Below are positions 19,314 through 29,321 of a stretch of DNA of 64,000 nt, piece by piece. Each line of letters starts with the position of its first letter. Position 1 is the stretch's first letter. Below the pieces are notes generated by a model. The model had not been told where the DNA came from. It did no database searches and was given only the letters and a program-made list of their open reading frames with translations. The stretch is from Candidatus Thermosaccharophagus tengchongensis (GTDB taxonomy: Bacteria; Armatimonadota; Fervidibacteria; Fervidibacterales; Thermosaccharophagaceae), in the NCBI GenBank assembly GCA_032161105.1, contig JAVHTD010000007.1; one strand, given 5' to 3'. Both the position numbers and the translations under genes were made by a program.

Positions 19314-19760
19314 ATGGCGAGGCGGATAACTGACATAGTGAGACTCTCCAACAGGATTGACCGGATGATTGACCGCTTGTTTGGACATTGGCTTGATAGA
19401 TGGTTGGAGATGGCACCCGAATTAGAGCTTGAGCATGTGCCACCCCTTGACCTTGCGGAGACAGACGATTCATACATTGCAAGGGTTGAAATACCCGGCG
19501 TCCGCAAGGACGACATTGAAGTCACCCTTCGAGGCAGGCGCCTGATAATACGAGGGAAGAAGCAGCGCGAGGAGCGTGAGGAGGGAGAGGGACTTATCCG
19601 AGTTGAGCGCTACCATGGCGAGTTCAGGAGGATAGTTACACTGCCCAGCGAAGTAGATGCTGATAATGCAAGTGCAACATACAAAGATGGTGTTCTTGAG
19701 ATCCGGTTGCCAAAAATTGAGAAGGAAAAAGGGAAGCGCATAGAGATAAAGGCGGTGTAA
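19314..19760 (+). CDS. Small heat shock protein (Hsp20)
   Basis: PPLDLAET, EIPGV, ERYHGEFRR, YKDGVLEIRLPK, IEI tail; GGAGGTG RBS. Confidence 0.93.
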   Translation: MARRITDIVRLSNRIDRMIDRLFGHWLDRWLEMAPELELEHVPPLDLAETDDSYIARVEIPGVRKDDIEVTLRGRRLIIRGKKQREEREEGEGLIRVERYHGEFRRIVTLPSEVDADNASATYKDGVLEIRLPKIEKEKGKRIEIKAV

Positions 19761-19805
19761 GGGCGCATGCGGCATGCGTCCCCGCCAATCCTTGGCGGGG
19801 ACGCA
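19757..19805. repeat. Two overlapping GC-rich hairpins (REP-like) between the hsp20 genes
   Basis: GGGCGCATGC-G-GCATGCGTCC overlaps the perfect 14-bp stem TGCGTCCCCGCCAA-tcc-TTGGCGGGGACGCA. Confidence 0.7.
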
Positions 19806-19865
19806 AAAACAAAACTAAGGCACACAATCGTGAATTCCTGACGCTGAGGCAAGGAGGTGAGGCAT

Positions 19866-20309
19866 ATGGAGATTAGGCGCTGGAGACCATTCGCAGAACT
19901 TGAGAATCTCAGGCGAGAGTTTGACCGCATCTTCCGTGAGGCATTCAGGGAATTCTGGGGTGAGGAGCCGATAAGGCGCGGCGCTTGGGTGCCACCGGTG
20001 GATGTATGTGAGACCGAAAACGAGGTTATTGTGGCAGTAGAGTTGCCCGGGGTCAAAAAGGACGATGTCACAATTGAGTTGACGGATGATGTGCTCACGA
20101 TTCGCGGGAAGAGGGAGCGTGAGCAAAGAGAAGGCGAGACCTATCACCTTATTGAGAGGGCATATGGTGAATTTGAGCGCCGCTTCAGCCTCGGCGTGCC
20201 AATTGACCGTGAACGCGTTGAGGCGGTTTTCAAGGACGGAGTGTTGACGATAAGGTTGCCGAAGGCTGAAGAGGTGCGCCCGCGCCGCGTGGAAATCAAG
20301 GTTGAGTAA
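19866..20309 (+). CDS. Small heat shock protein (Hsp20)
   Basis: WRPF, PPVDVCET, ELPGV, ERAYGEFER, FKDGVL, VEI; AAGGAGGTGA RBS. Confidence 0.95.
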   Translation: MEIRRWRPFAELENLRREFDRIFREAFREFWGEEPIRRGAWVPPVDVCETENEVIVAVELPGVKKDDVTIELTDDVLTIRGKREREQREGETYHLIERAYGEFERRFSLGVPIDRERVEAVFKDGVLTIRLPKAEEVRPRRVEIKVE

Positions 20310-20351
20310 GCGAGGTTTAACCGATATTGCCTGAATGCCTCACGGAGTGCA

Positions 20352-20381
20352 AAGGGGGCATGCCATCTGGCATGCCCCCTT
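20352..20381. terminator. Perfect GC-rich hairpin between convergent hsp20 and secF (terminator or REP-like)
   Basis: AAGGGGGCATGCCA-tc-TGGCATGCCCCCTT. Confidence 0.6.
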
Positions 20382-20438
20382 CTCATATGATGCCAATCAT
20401 CGGCATGGATGCACACGCCGCCATGAAGAAAATTCCAA

Positions 20439-21590
20439 TTAATGCCTCCTTTTCTTCCTCTTTTTCCTCCTCCTCTTGGCGTGCTGTGCAGTTAAAAGCG
20501 CATCCAGCGATGGTGATGTGGATACGGCGATTGGTGCTGTTTCACCGCCCTCTTCATCCGGTGTGGAAGATGGCTGTGCTGCCTGAACTGGTTGAGGTGG
20601 TGTGGCAGATGGTTTTACAGCTGGGCGAACGACTTTAGCCACCTCTTTACCCAGCAACCTGCGCAAGATGATGACCACAGGCGTAGCTATAAAAATGGAC
20701 GAATATCCTCCGGAAGTGATGCCAATTAACAATGGGAGCGCAAAATCCCTTGCGGCAATCCCGCCAAAGAGAAGTATCACCCAGAGCGGGAATTCGGTGG
20801 TTAAGAGTGTGTTTATGCAGCGAGCCATCGTCTCAATTATGCTGAGGTTGGCTACCTCGTAAAATGTCCATTCCCTGTATCGCTTCATATTTTCGCGAAT
20901 CCGGTCAAAAATTATGACAGTGTCGTTGACTGAGTAACCGACAACGGTGAGCAGAACTGCAACGAATGGGCTGTTGATCATGATATGTGTGAAGGAGACA
21001 AAAGCAAGCACTGCAAGGACATCATGAATTAGCGCAATTATGGCGGCTATAGCGAAAATTGGGTCATAACGCACCCAGATGTAGATGAGTATTCCGAGCA
21101 AGCCAAGCACAGTTGCCTTAATTGCATTGGATTTCAACTCACGCCCGATGACCGGTCCGATCATCTCCATGCTCTCTTGCCTGACTCCCTTGAACATCCG
21201 CTCCATGACACGGTTGACAGTTTGCTCATGTTCTTTTGCTTGCTCCTCGTCTTTTGCCTGCGTGCGAATAGAAATTACATCGCCCTCCGAAACTTGGATA
21301 ACTGTGCCATGCAAGCCCGCTTTGGCGAGTTCGGAGCGTATTTTTGCAGAGAGCCTCCTCTCTGCAGCAGCACCAATGGCTACTTTCCCGGGCAATTTGT
21401 AGGTAAATTCGGCACCGCCGGTGAAGTCCAAGCCGAAGTTTATCCATCCCGGAGTTAGCCCATGTGTCCACTGTGGCGGTATCATCCCAACAATGCCAAG
21501 AAGCATAACAATTCCACCGATTGTAAGCCATAGGCTGCTTTTCCCGGCAATGTCAATCCTTAGCGCAACTGACGCCTCTCTCCCCTTCAT
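20439..21590 (-). CDS. secF: Protein translocase subunit SecF
   Basis: GLDFTGG, IGPVIG, ALIHD, GYSVNDTVIIFDRIRE, YSSIFIA. Confidence 0.95.
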   Translation of the reverse strand: MKGREASVALRIDIAGKSSLWLTIGGIVMLLGIVGMIPPQWTHGLTPGWINFGLDFTGGAEFTYKLPGKVAIGAAAERRLSAKIRSELAKAGLHGTVIQVSEGDVISIRTQAKDEEQAKEHEQTVNRVMERMFKGVRQESMEMIGPVIGRELKSNAIKATVLGLLGILIYIWVRYDPIFAIAAIIALIHDVLAVLAFVSFTHIMINSPFVAVLLTVVGYSVNDTVIIFDRIRENMKRYREWTFYEVANLSIIETMARCINTLLTTEFPLWVILLFGGIAARDFALPLLIGITSGGYSSIFIATPVVIILRRLLGKEVAKVVRPAVKPSATPPQPVQAAQPSSTPDEEGGETAPIAVSTSPSLDALLTAQHAKRRRKKRKKRRH

Positions 21591-21620
21591 GATGAGGTTT
21601 TCCCTCCTATCATCATGTGC

Positions 21621-23585
21621 TTAAGACTTGCTTCGGGCAACTTCATCAAGTCTTAAGACTTTTCTCACCCTTGGGTTGTCGGCTATAGTCAGGAACAAGT
21701 CACTCCTTTTTGCAGCGGATGTGTATGTGGCGCCTTCAAGCATTGCCTTAGTTGCAACAATGGCGCTAAACATGCTCGCAGCCACGCCTATGCCAAGCGT
21801 CAGCGCGAAGCCTTTCACAGGTCCAGTGCCAAAGTTATACAGAAAAACGCACGCAATCAATGTCGTCACATTGGCATCAAGGATGGCAGTCCATGCCCTA
21901 TTAAATGCCACTTCAATCGCTGTGTGCAGTGTCCTTCCGGAGCGTAACTCCTCTTTCAGGCGCTCAAAAATGATGATGTTAGCATCAACAGCCATCCCAA
22001 GTGAGAGTAGGAAGCCGATTACACCGGGCAATGTTAATGTGGGTCGCCAACCGGCTATCGGCGCCGAGAATGCCGCAAGTATTAGCAGCCCGTAGAGCCC
22101 TAAGGCAATACAGGCAATCATCCCCGGAAGCCTGTAGTAAGCGACCATGAAAACCACGATCATGATTAGCCCGAGCACCCCAGCAATTGTTGACTTGTGA
22201 ATGACATCCCTTCCGAGAGTTGGAGATACAGTCCGATTCCACACGACTGACACGGGCACAGGTAACGAACCAGCATCAAGGAGCACTTTCAAATTGCGCG
22301 CCTCCTCAAATGTGAATCTGCCGGTGATAATGCCGTGAGTGCTTATTCGGTCTCGTATGACCGGTGCGCTGATGCATTCTCTGTCAAACCATATCGCCAA
22401 ATGCCTCCCGATGTTCCTTCCCGTCTCATATGCGAACTTCTTTGAGCTTGCCTTTTGCAAGGTGAACGCAACAGCTGGGCGATTCATCTCATCGTATGTG
22501 ACTCTGCAAGGCGGTTTTAAGTCCTTGCCGGTTATCACGGTTCTTGACTCAAGGTAAACCTGCATTGGCGGTATCGTCTTACCCTGCTCATCCCTGAAGA
22601 CGGTTTTACCGCCCTCTTCGCTCACCTTGTATTTCGTCGGGACAAGTTTCAGTTCAAGGACAGCAGTCCGCCCTATGAGCTTTATTGCCTCAGCGGCGTG
22701 CCTCACCCCCGGAAGCTCAACAACTACCTTATCCTCGCCATGCCTGTAAATCTGCGCCTCTGCAACACCGTATCTGTCAATGCGCCTTCGTATAATCTCA
22801 ATCACCGTGTCAACGACATCGGGCGAGAACGGATATAACTTCGGCTTAGCAGCTTCTCTCACATCACCAAGCACTTGCCTCAGTGCCGCTCCAATTAACC
22901 TTTCTTGGCGGTTTAACTCGCTTTTGCTTTTGGCTTGCGTCAGCACTGTTATGAACTGACCAGTTGCCTCATCAATTGCGAGCTCAAACTCATCAAGTCC
23001 CTTTTCCCTGAGAGCCGCAATTAGCTTGTGGCGGACCGGTATGCGCTTCTCTGGCTCCTTACCTATTGGTTGCGCAAGCTTGTATTGGAACTCAGCGCGC
23101 TTGCATTGAAGGACAACCCTTGCACCACCTTGAAGGTCAAGTCCGAGATTCAGTTTTGGCTTGGGCACAAGTATGTTAACCACACCGAGTTTGAGGAGTG
23201 GGCGCATACCGACTTCCCTTTGGCTGCCCTCAATCAAATGCGCCTTGGGAAATTTCTTCTCCATGAGCTTCAGGATGCGCTCACGCATCTTCAACGCACC
23301 GCCTTTGCTTTCAGCCTCTCCCCTCACTACAAGGATATGCTCGCCAACGAGTTCGGCATCCGTCATCTCAAGCTTCGCATTCATGAGCGCATCCTCAACG
23401 GCTTGGTCAAATGCCTGTCCCTTCGGAGCAAGCTTTGACGCCGGCTCTTCAAGCTCAAAACGCATCGTCAGCTCAACCCTGTATTCCTCAACATGCCCAA
23501 TGCGTATTGGGCGGAAGGAGATGAAGAAGGCAGCGAGCACCACACCGGCAACGAGCGCAAGCCGTTGCTTAACCCTCCTCGGCAT
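21621..23585 (-). CDS. secD: Protein translocase subunit SecD
   Basis: LGLDLQGG, RRIDRYGVAE, VELPG, GSLP, GMAVDANIIIFER, TGPVKGFA; start 23585 or 23609. Confidence 0.95.
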   Translation of the reverse strand: MPRRVKQRLALVAGVVLAAFFISFRPIRIGHVEEYRVELTMRFELEEPASKLAPKGQAFDQAVEDALMNAKLEMTDAELVGEHILVVRGEAESKGGALKMRERILKLMEKKFPKAHLIEGSQREVGMRPLLKLGVVNILVPKPKLNLGLDLQGGARVVLQCKRAEFQYKLAQPIGKEPEKRIPVRHKLIAALREKGLDEFELAIDEATGQFITVLTQAKSKSELNRQERLIGAALRQVLGDVREAAKPKLYPFSPDVVDTVIEIIRRRIDRYGVAEAQIYRHGEDKVVVELPGVRHAAEAIKLIGRTAVLELKLVPTKYKVSEEGGKTVFRDEQGKTIPPMQVYLESRTVITGKDLKPPCRVTYDEMNRPAVAFTLQKASSKKFAYETGRNIGRHLAIWFDRECISAPVIRDRISTHGIITGRFTFEEARNLKVLLDAGSLPVPVSVVWNRTVSPTLGRDVIHKSTIAGVLGLIMIVVFMVAYYRLPGMIACIALGLYGLLILAAFSAPIAGWRPTLTLPGVIGFLLSLGMAVDANIIIFERLKEELRSGRTLHTAIEVAFNRAWTAILDANVTTLIACVFLYNFGTGPVKGFALTLGIGVAASMFSAIVATKAMLEGATYTSAAKRSDLFLTIADNPRVRKVLRLDEVARSKS

Positions 23586-23856
23586 AAGTGCTTCACCTCG
23601 GTTGTTCATGTTGTAGCTTTATCGCCAATTGCATCATCATAAATCTCATGGCGGGGGTAAGCCAACTTGCGGGTTGGTCACCCACAGTTCACGCCGATCA
23701 TGCCAATCCAATCTCACATCTGGCGGCGTCATCAAAATCATCATGCTGGGCAAACTTGTGTCGGCGTAAAACCACCTACATTGTAGCGCGCAATATTTCA
23801 CTGAGGTTTCTCCTGCTGGCGGTGACGGCGACTAATTGAGATTGATTGAGTGAGGA

Positions 23857-25008
23857 GTGGAGTGGGATATGAGTCAAGTGAGCAATCGCATGCTTGATGA
23901 AAGCGAGAATGGCGAGGATGTTCACTGGATGCGTTTAGCCATCAAGCTTGCGAGGAGGATGAAGGGGCAAACATCACCCAATCCGTGCGTTGGTGCTGTG
24001 CTGGTGAAAGAAGGGAGATTGATTTCCAGCGGTTATCACGAGGGCGCTGGCACGCCGCATGCCGAAGTGGTGGCGCTCAAGAATGCCGGGGAGAATGCGA
24101 AGGGTTGCACACTTTATGTCACGCTTGAACCATGCTGCCACTACGGGCGCACGCCACCGTGCACGGATGCAATAATAGCTGCGGGCGTAAAGCGAGTTGT
24201 GGCTGCAACGCTTGACCCAAATCCATTGGTTAATGGGAATGGCGTAAGGAAGCTGCTTGAAGCCGGAATTGAGGTCAAAGTTGGCGTCGTTGAAGATGAG
24301 GCAAAGAAGCTCATTGAGGACTTCGCAAAATACATCGCAACAAAGGTCCCATTTGTCACGCTCAAGCTTGCATCAAGCCTTGACGGGAAGATTGCCACAA
24401 AGCTCGGTGAGTCTCGTTGGATAACATCAGAGCGGTCAAGACGCATTGCACAAAAGCTGCGAAGAGAGCACGCTGCTGTTCTGGTCGGAATCAACACAGT
24501 GTTAGCCGATGACCCACTCCTTCTGGTCAGGTCTAAAGGTGTTCGCCGCCAGCCAATACGGGTTGTCGTGGACAGCAAAGCGAGGCTGCCAACATCAAGT
24601 GCGCTGTGCAGGACGCTGAGTCAAGCGCCACTGTGGCTCGCCACAACGAAGCATGCCGACGCTGAGCGATTAGCTGAGCTTGAAACTCTGGGTGTGCGCA
24701 CGCTCATCGTGGACGATGCCAATGGGAGGGTTGATTTGAGGAGCCTGATGAGGAAACTTGGTGAGCTTGAGGTCATGAGCGTGCTGATTGAGGGAGGCGG
24801 CGAAATAGCTTGGTCGGCGTTGAAGGATGGCATAGTTGATAGGGTTGTGTGGTTCATAGCGCCGATGATCATTGGCGGTAGGGATGCAAAGGATGCGGTT
24901 GCCGGTGAGGGCGTTGAGAGGCTCTCAGAGGCTTTCAAGCTGTGCGATATCAAGGTGAGGCGCATTGGCAGCGACCTGATGATTGAAGGCAGATTGCATC
25001 GCGGCTGA
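23857..25008 (+). CDS. ribD: Bifunctional diaminohydroxyphosphoribosylaminopyrimidine deaminase/reductase
   Basis: PNPCVG, HAE, TLEPCCHYGRTPPC, SLDGKIA, EGG. Confidence 0.95.
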   Translation: MEWDMSQVSNRMLDESENGEDVHWMRLAIKLARRMKGQTSPNPCVGAVLVKEGRLISSGYHEGAGTPHAEVVALKNAGENAKGCTLYVTLEPCCHYGRTPPCTDAIIAAGVKRVVAATLDPNPLVNGNGVRKLLEAGIEVKVGVVEDEAKKLIEDFAKYIATKVPFVTLKLASSLDGKIATKLGESRWITSERSRRIAQKLRREHAAVLVGINTVLADDPLLLVRSKGVRRQPIRVVVDSKARLPTSSALCRTLSQAPLWLATTKHADAERLAELETLGVRTLIVDDANGRVDLRSLMRKLGELEVMSVLIEGGGEIAWSALKDGIVDRVVWFIAPMIIGGRDAKDAVAGEGVERLSEAFKLCDIKVRRIGSDLMIEGRLHRG

Positions 25009-25084
25009 GCGGGCAAAACATTGCGTGCCGAATCATTGGCAGCTTGCTAACGGTATGCAAACTTCATCCGGGGGTAGTTGGAAA

Positions 25085-25750
25085 ATGTTTACGGGCATAG
25101 TTGAGGAAGTTGGGCAAGTCGTAGCAGTTGAGCGCATGGGTGGTGGCGCGAGACTCACCATCTCGGCTTCGGTTGTGATGGATGACTTGAAGGTTGGCGA
25201 CAGCATATGCGTCAACGGGGCTTGCCTGACGGTCACACGGAGGTCCGCATCGCGCTTCCAAGTTGATGTGATGGAGGAAACCATGCTCCGCACTAACCTC
25301 GCTTTCCTGAGGGTGGGCGATAAGGTCAACTTGGAAAGGGCTCTTAAAGCCACTGATAGGTTGGGTGGGCATTTTGTTCAAGGGCATGTTGATGGCACTG
25401 GAGTTATAGCTGGCATACAGCGGATGCATCGCTCATGGGTGATGAAGATAAACTGTGATGAAGCATTGACGCGCTTCATGGTCCCAAAGGGGTCGGTGGC
25501 TGTTGATGGAGTTAGCTTGACGACGGTGGATTGCGGCAGTGGTTGGTTCACAGTCGCATTGATACCGCACACGCTGAGTGCAACGACGCTCGGAATGAGG
25601 CGCGTTGGCGATGTGGTCAACATTGAAGTTGACCTGCTTGCAAAATACCTGCACAAGCTGCTGCAATCGCACTTAGCGCTGCAAATGCAAAAGGGCAGTG
25701 AAAGGCTCATTGAGTTGCTTGGTGATTCACCACCTCACATTCGCCAGTAA
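25085..25750 (+). CDS. ribE: Riboflavin synthase (alpha chain)
   Basis: MFTGIVEE N-terminus, NGACLT, GGHFVQGHVD, DGVSLT. Confidence 0.95.
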   Translation: MFTGIVEEVGQVVAVERMGGGARLTISASVVMDDLKVGDSICVNGACLTVTRRSASRFQVDVMEETMLRTNLAFLRVGDKVNLERALKATDRLGGHFVQGHVDGTGVIAGIQRMHRSWVMKINCDEALTRFMVPKGSVAVDGVSLTTVDCGSGWFTVALIPHTLSATTLGMRRVGDVVNIEVDLLAKYLHKLLQSHLALQMQKGSERLIELLGDSPPHIRQ

Positions 25751-25782
25751 ACTGCAGGACGATGATTGGAAGGTGATGGCGC

Positions 25783-26994
25783 ATGCCGCGCTCCACAATT
25801 GAGGAGGCAATTGAGGCATTTAAGCGCGGTGAGTTCCTGATCATCGTTGACGATGAGGACAGGGAGAACGAGGGCGACTTAGTCATCGCAGCTGAGAAGG
25901 TTACACCCGAGGCAATTAACTTCATGCTCAAGCATGGGCGTGGTCTTGTGTGCCTCGCAATCATCGGGCAAAGGCTGGACGAACTCTGCATACCGCCAAT
26001 GGTCTCAAACAACACCGACCCATTTGGGTCTGCGTTTGCCGTTTCAGTTGATGCCCACCCGAAGTTCGGCGTTACAACCGGCATATCCGCGCATGACCGA
26101 GCCACAACAATAAAGGTCATCCTTGATCCGAATACGAAGCCATCGGACTTGACTCGTCCGGGACACATCTTCCCGCTGCGCTATAGGGAAGGGGGCGTGC
26201 TCAGGAGAGCCGGTCACACTGAGGCAGCTGTTGATATGGCAAAACTCGCCGGGCTATACCCAGCAGCAGTGATATGCGAGATATTGCGTGATGATGGCAC
26301 TATGGCAAGGTTGCCCGACTTGGAGCGCCTATCCGATGAGCATGGAATCAAGCTCATCACGATAGCCGATTTGATTGCCTACAGGAGAAGGACGGAAAAG
26401 CTTGTCCGCAAAGTCGCAACAGCGCGCTTCCCGACCATCTTTGGTGAATTCACAATGCACGCTTTTGAGAGCCTGATTGATGGAACACCATACATTGCGC
26501 TTGTGATGGGCGAGATAAACCCAGATGAGCCAATACTTGTGAGGGTGCATTCGGCTTGCGTCACCGGGGACGCACTTTTCTCATTGCGGTGTGATTGCGG
26601 AATGCAACTTCGCTTGGCTCTTGAGAAGATAGCTCAAGAGGGTAGGGGAGTGCTCGTCTACATCTCGCAGCATGAAGGGCGCGGAATAGGCTTGCTCAAC
26701 AAGCTTAAGGCATACGAGCTTCAGGACAAGGGGCTTGATACTGTTGATGCAAATCTGCACCTTGGCTATCCGCCGGATTTGCGAGACTACGGGCTTGGCG
26801 CTCAAGTGCTCTATGAGCTCGGCGTCCGCAAGATGAGGTTGATGACAAACAATCCATCAAAGAGGGCTGGTCTTTTGGGCTATGGGCTTGAAATAGTTGA
26901 GAGAGTCCCATTGGAAGTCAAGCCGAACAGCGCAAATAGGGATTACCTGCGCGCAAAGCGGGAGAAGCTCGGTCACATGATTGATGTTGAGTAG
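25783..26994 (+). CDS. ribBA: Bifunctional DHBP synthase / GTP cyclohydrolase II
   Basis: DDEDRENEGD, RAGHTE, RVHSACVTGD..RCDCG, EGRGIG, TNNP. Confidence 0.96.
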   Translation: MPRSTIEEAIEAFKRGEFLIIVDDEDRENEGDLVIAAEKVTPEAINFMLKHGRGLVCLAIIGQRLDELCIPPMVSNNTDPFGSAFAVSVDAHPKFGVTTGISAHDRATTIKVILDPNTKPSDLTRPGHIFPLRYREGGVLRRAGHTEAAVDMAKLAGLYPAAVICEILRDDGTMARLPDLERLSDEHGIKLITIADLIAYRRRTEKLVRKVATARFPTIFGEFTMHAFESLIDGTPYIALVMGEINPDEPILVRVHSACVTGDALFSLRCDCGMQLRLALEKIAQEGRGVLVYISQHEGRGIGLLNKLKAYELQDKGLDTVDANLHLGYPPDLRDYGLGAQVLYELGVRKMRLMTNNPSKRAGLLGYGLEIVERVPLEVKPNSANRDYLRAKREKLGHMIDVE

Positions 26995-27061
26995 CGGCAC
27001 ATGAAATGCTCTCGCAAAGCTTGGAATACGCCGTATGCAAATGAACCAAAGCGTTGGTGTT

Positions 27062-28270
27062 CTATCGTGCCCATCCAACTTTGGTTAACAGGATGGCAGT
27101 GGCGAGGATTGAGAGCGCTGCACAAACCATGAATGCCACAGTGGCTCCGAGCGCTTCCCACAAAGCCCCAAACAGCAAGCTGGCGGGTAGCATGCCCATC
27201 CCGATTACGAAATGAAAAATTCCATAACCGCTTCCGCGAAGATGCTCGCTGACTAAATCAGCCACAATGGCTCTTTCTGCGCCCTCCGTCATGGCGAAGT
27301 AAAGACCATAAACGGTGAACAGAAGCCATATGTGAGTTGGCGATGAGGCAACGCCAAAGCCGGCATAGACCAACGCATAGGTAAGCCAGCCGAGCGCAAT
27401 TGCTTTTATTCGCCCTATCCTGTCCGAGAGCATGCCGCCATATACACTCAAGGCGCTTTTGATGATGTGCAGCCAAGTCCAGAGCATCGGAATCGCATAC
27501 TCCGGCACGCCGCATTGGTTCGCACGAAGCAGCAAGAAGGCATCACTTGAGTTGCTCAGAGTGAATGCGAATACCGAAGCCAATAGCCAACGAAAGCGCG
27601 CATCAAATTGTGACAGGCAGAGGGAAATGGGCTTTGAGCTCACAGCCGATACTTGAACCTCGCTCGTCTGGCTTAGGCGTGGGTCGCTGACGCCAAACCA
27701 CAGCACAAAGAGGGATATCAGCGCAGGCACTGAGGCGCACAGGAACACAAGCCTGTATTGCCCACCAAATAGCGCAAGCAGCGCAAAAGCCGACATAGGT
27801 CCTATTAGCGCTCCGAGATGATCAAGCGACCTGTGGAATCCGAAAGCGGTTCCACGAATGCCTTCATTGCATGCATGTGCAATGAGTGCGTCCCTTGGTG
27901 ATGTGCGTATTCCCTTCCCAATCCTGTCTACGAAGCGCAGCAGAAGCACTTGGTAGGCTGCATTGACAAAAGCCATCAACGGACGAGTTGCCCCGGCAAG
28001 CGCATAGCCTATGAATGTCAAAAGCTTATGCTGCCTTATGATGTCAGCAAGCCAACCGGAAATGAGCTTGAGCAGGCTCGCCGTCGTTTCAGCGATGCCC
28101 TCTAACAGTCCAATGAAAGCAAACGAAGCTTTGAGCTCATGCCTGAGGAATAGCGGGAGAAGCGGATAGAGCATCTCGCTGCTGGCGTCATTCAATAAGC
28201 TGACGATGGCGAGCACTTTGACAGCTCTCGGCAGCTCCTTCGTGGCTCTGAGCAGTGCAATTGAGCGCAT
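27062..28270 (-). CDS. MFS transporter
   Basis: SLLNDASSEM, DRIGKGIRTSPRDALI, GMLSDRIGR; about 12 hydrophobic segments. Confidence 0.9.
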   Translation of the reverse strand: MRSIALLRATKELPRAVKVLAIVSLLNDASSEMLYPLLPLFLRHELKASFAFIGLLEGIAETTASLLKLISGWLADIIRQHKLLTFIGYALAGATRPLMAFVNAAYQVLLLRFVDRIGKGIRTSPRDALIAHACNEGIRGTAFGFHRSLDHLGALIGPMSAFALLALFGGQYRLVFLCASVPALISLFVLWFGVSDPRLSQTSEVQVSAVSSKPISLCLSQFDARFRWLLASVFAFTLSNSSDAFLLLRANQCGVPEYAIPMLWTWLHIIKSALSVYGGMLSDRIGRIKAIALGWLTYALVYAGFGVASSPTHIWLLFTVYGLYFAMTEGAERAIVADLVSEHLRGSGYGIFHFVIGMGMLPASLLFGALWEALGATVAFMVCAALSILATAILLTKVGWAR

Positions 28271-28357
28271 TATATTCAATCCCCTTTGATGACATTCGCG
28301 TTGAGCGCCCAAGCGAGGTTTGGGGCACACAGCAAGGAAGCATTCTTGTTTGGCTGC

Positions 28358-28969
28358 CTAAAGCTCTCGTATGCGTATGTTGCGCCAGTGTATCTCCGCT
28401 CCCTCAGATTGAAAGATGAGATAGCCCTTTCTCGGCTCAGCATTTGCCCCTATAGCAATGACATGCCCGTTGACGCATGTCGCCACGAAACCGTTATAGT
28501 TGATGATGTGATACGAATTCCACTCGCGCAGTTTTGCCGGGCGCTGCAAAACCGGCGTTGCATCCACTTTACCGCCGCTCACCCCAAATATTCTCCCAAC
28601 TTCGGTGTGAAGCAGCTGAAACTCAATGCCCTGCGGCCAGATCTTGTCGGGAAGAACCATCAAGAAGACGCCGCTGTTACCGGGCTCCATCATGCGATAT
28701 TCAAACCGGAGGATGAAGTTGCCAAACTCCTTTTCAGTGCGCAGGTAGCCATTCGGTCTGCCAGTGCATATGATAATGCCATCTTCAACTCGCCATGTCT
28801 TTTGTGGGTCACCGCCGGGAAGGAATGGTATGAACCCACTCAGGTCTTTGCCATTAAACAGCGGTGTGAAGCCCTCTTCAGCCACCTGCGAAAATGCAAT
28901 GTCAACCAACGCTCCAGCCCCAACAAACGCCAAAGCTGTGAGCAATTCTCGCCGATTCACAACTTTCAC
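28358..28969 (-). CDS. DUF1080 (3-keto-disaccharide hydrolase-like) protein with Tat signal
   Basis: NRRELL leader; LFNGKDLSG, W.VEDG, GNSG, EFQL, EWN, FQSEG, WRNI. Confidence 0.85.
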   Translation of the reverse strand: MKVVNRRELLTALAFVGAGALVDIAFSQVAEEGFTPLFNGKDLSGFIPFLPGGDPQKTWRVEDGIIICTGRPNGYLRTEKEFGNFILRFEYRMMEPGNSGVFLMVLPDKIWPQGIEFQLLHTEVGRIFGVSGGKVDATPVLQRPAKLREWNSYHIINYNGFVATCVNGHVIAIGANAEPRKGYLIFQSEGAEIHWRNIRIREL

Positions 28970-29140
28970 CCCCCCTTAGCGCACCATTAAGGGCTTGAAT
29001 TGACCCCACACGATGTAAGTATACCACGCATCGCCGCGTCGGCGGGAGCAGCTTTAGCTATGCGCTTTCCACCCGCTGCAGAATATTAAGCGCATAGGAG
29101 TTGCGCAGCTCTGGATGCAGGGATGGCTTTTAATCCATTC

Positions 29141-29206
29141 GCAGGGGCGCATGAAATGCGCCAAAAACAGGCGTGTATTAAGCGGGCGTATTTCACGCAA
29201 CCCTGC
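29141..29206. repeat. Degenerate REPIN-like inverted repeat
   Basis: Left arm GCAGGGGCGCATGAAATGCGCCA and reverse complement of right arm GCAGGGTTGCGTGAAATACGCCC match at 18 of 23 positions. Confidence 0.55.
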
Positions 29207-29321
29207 ATTTCCATCCGACCATAATGGGATGATGACTTGCAGGAGAGGCTTTAGCCACAAAGAAGCTTATAAGTCAACTGCGCGAGTTCCAAAGCGCTCT
29301 CATATTTGGTGGTGCAACAAG

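Noticed and set aside
23640..23720. FMN riboswitch (GGCGGGGGTAA)
   Set aside because: The remaining conserved RFN blocks are absent
28286..28990. 234-aa plus-strand ORF
   Set aside because: Antisense shadow of the DUF1080 gene
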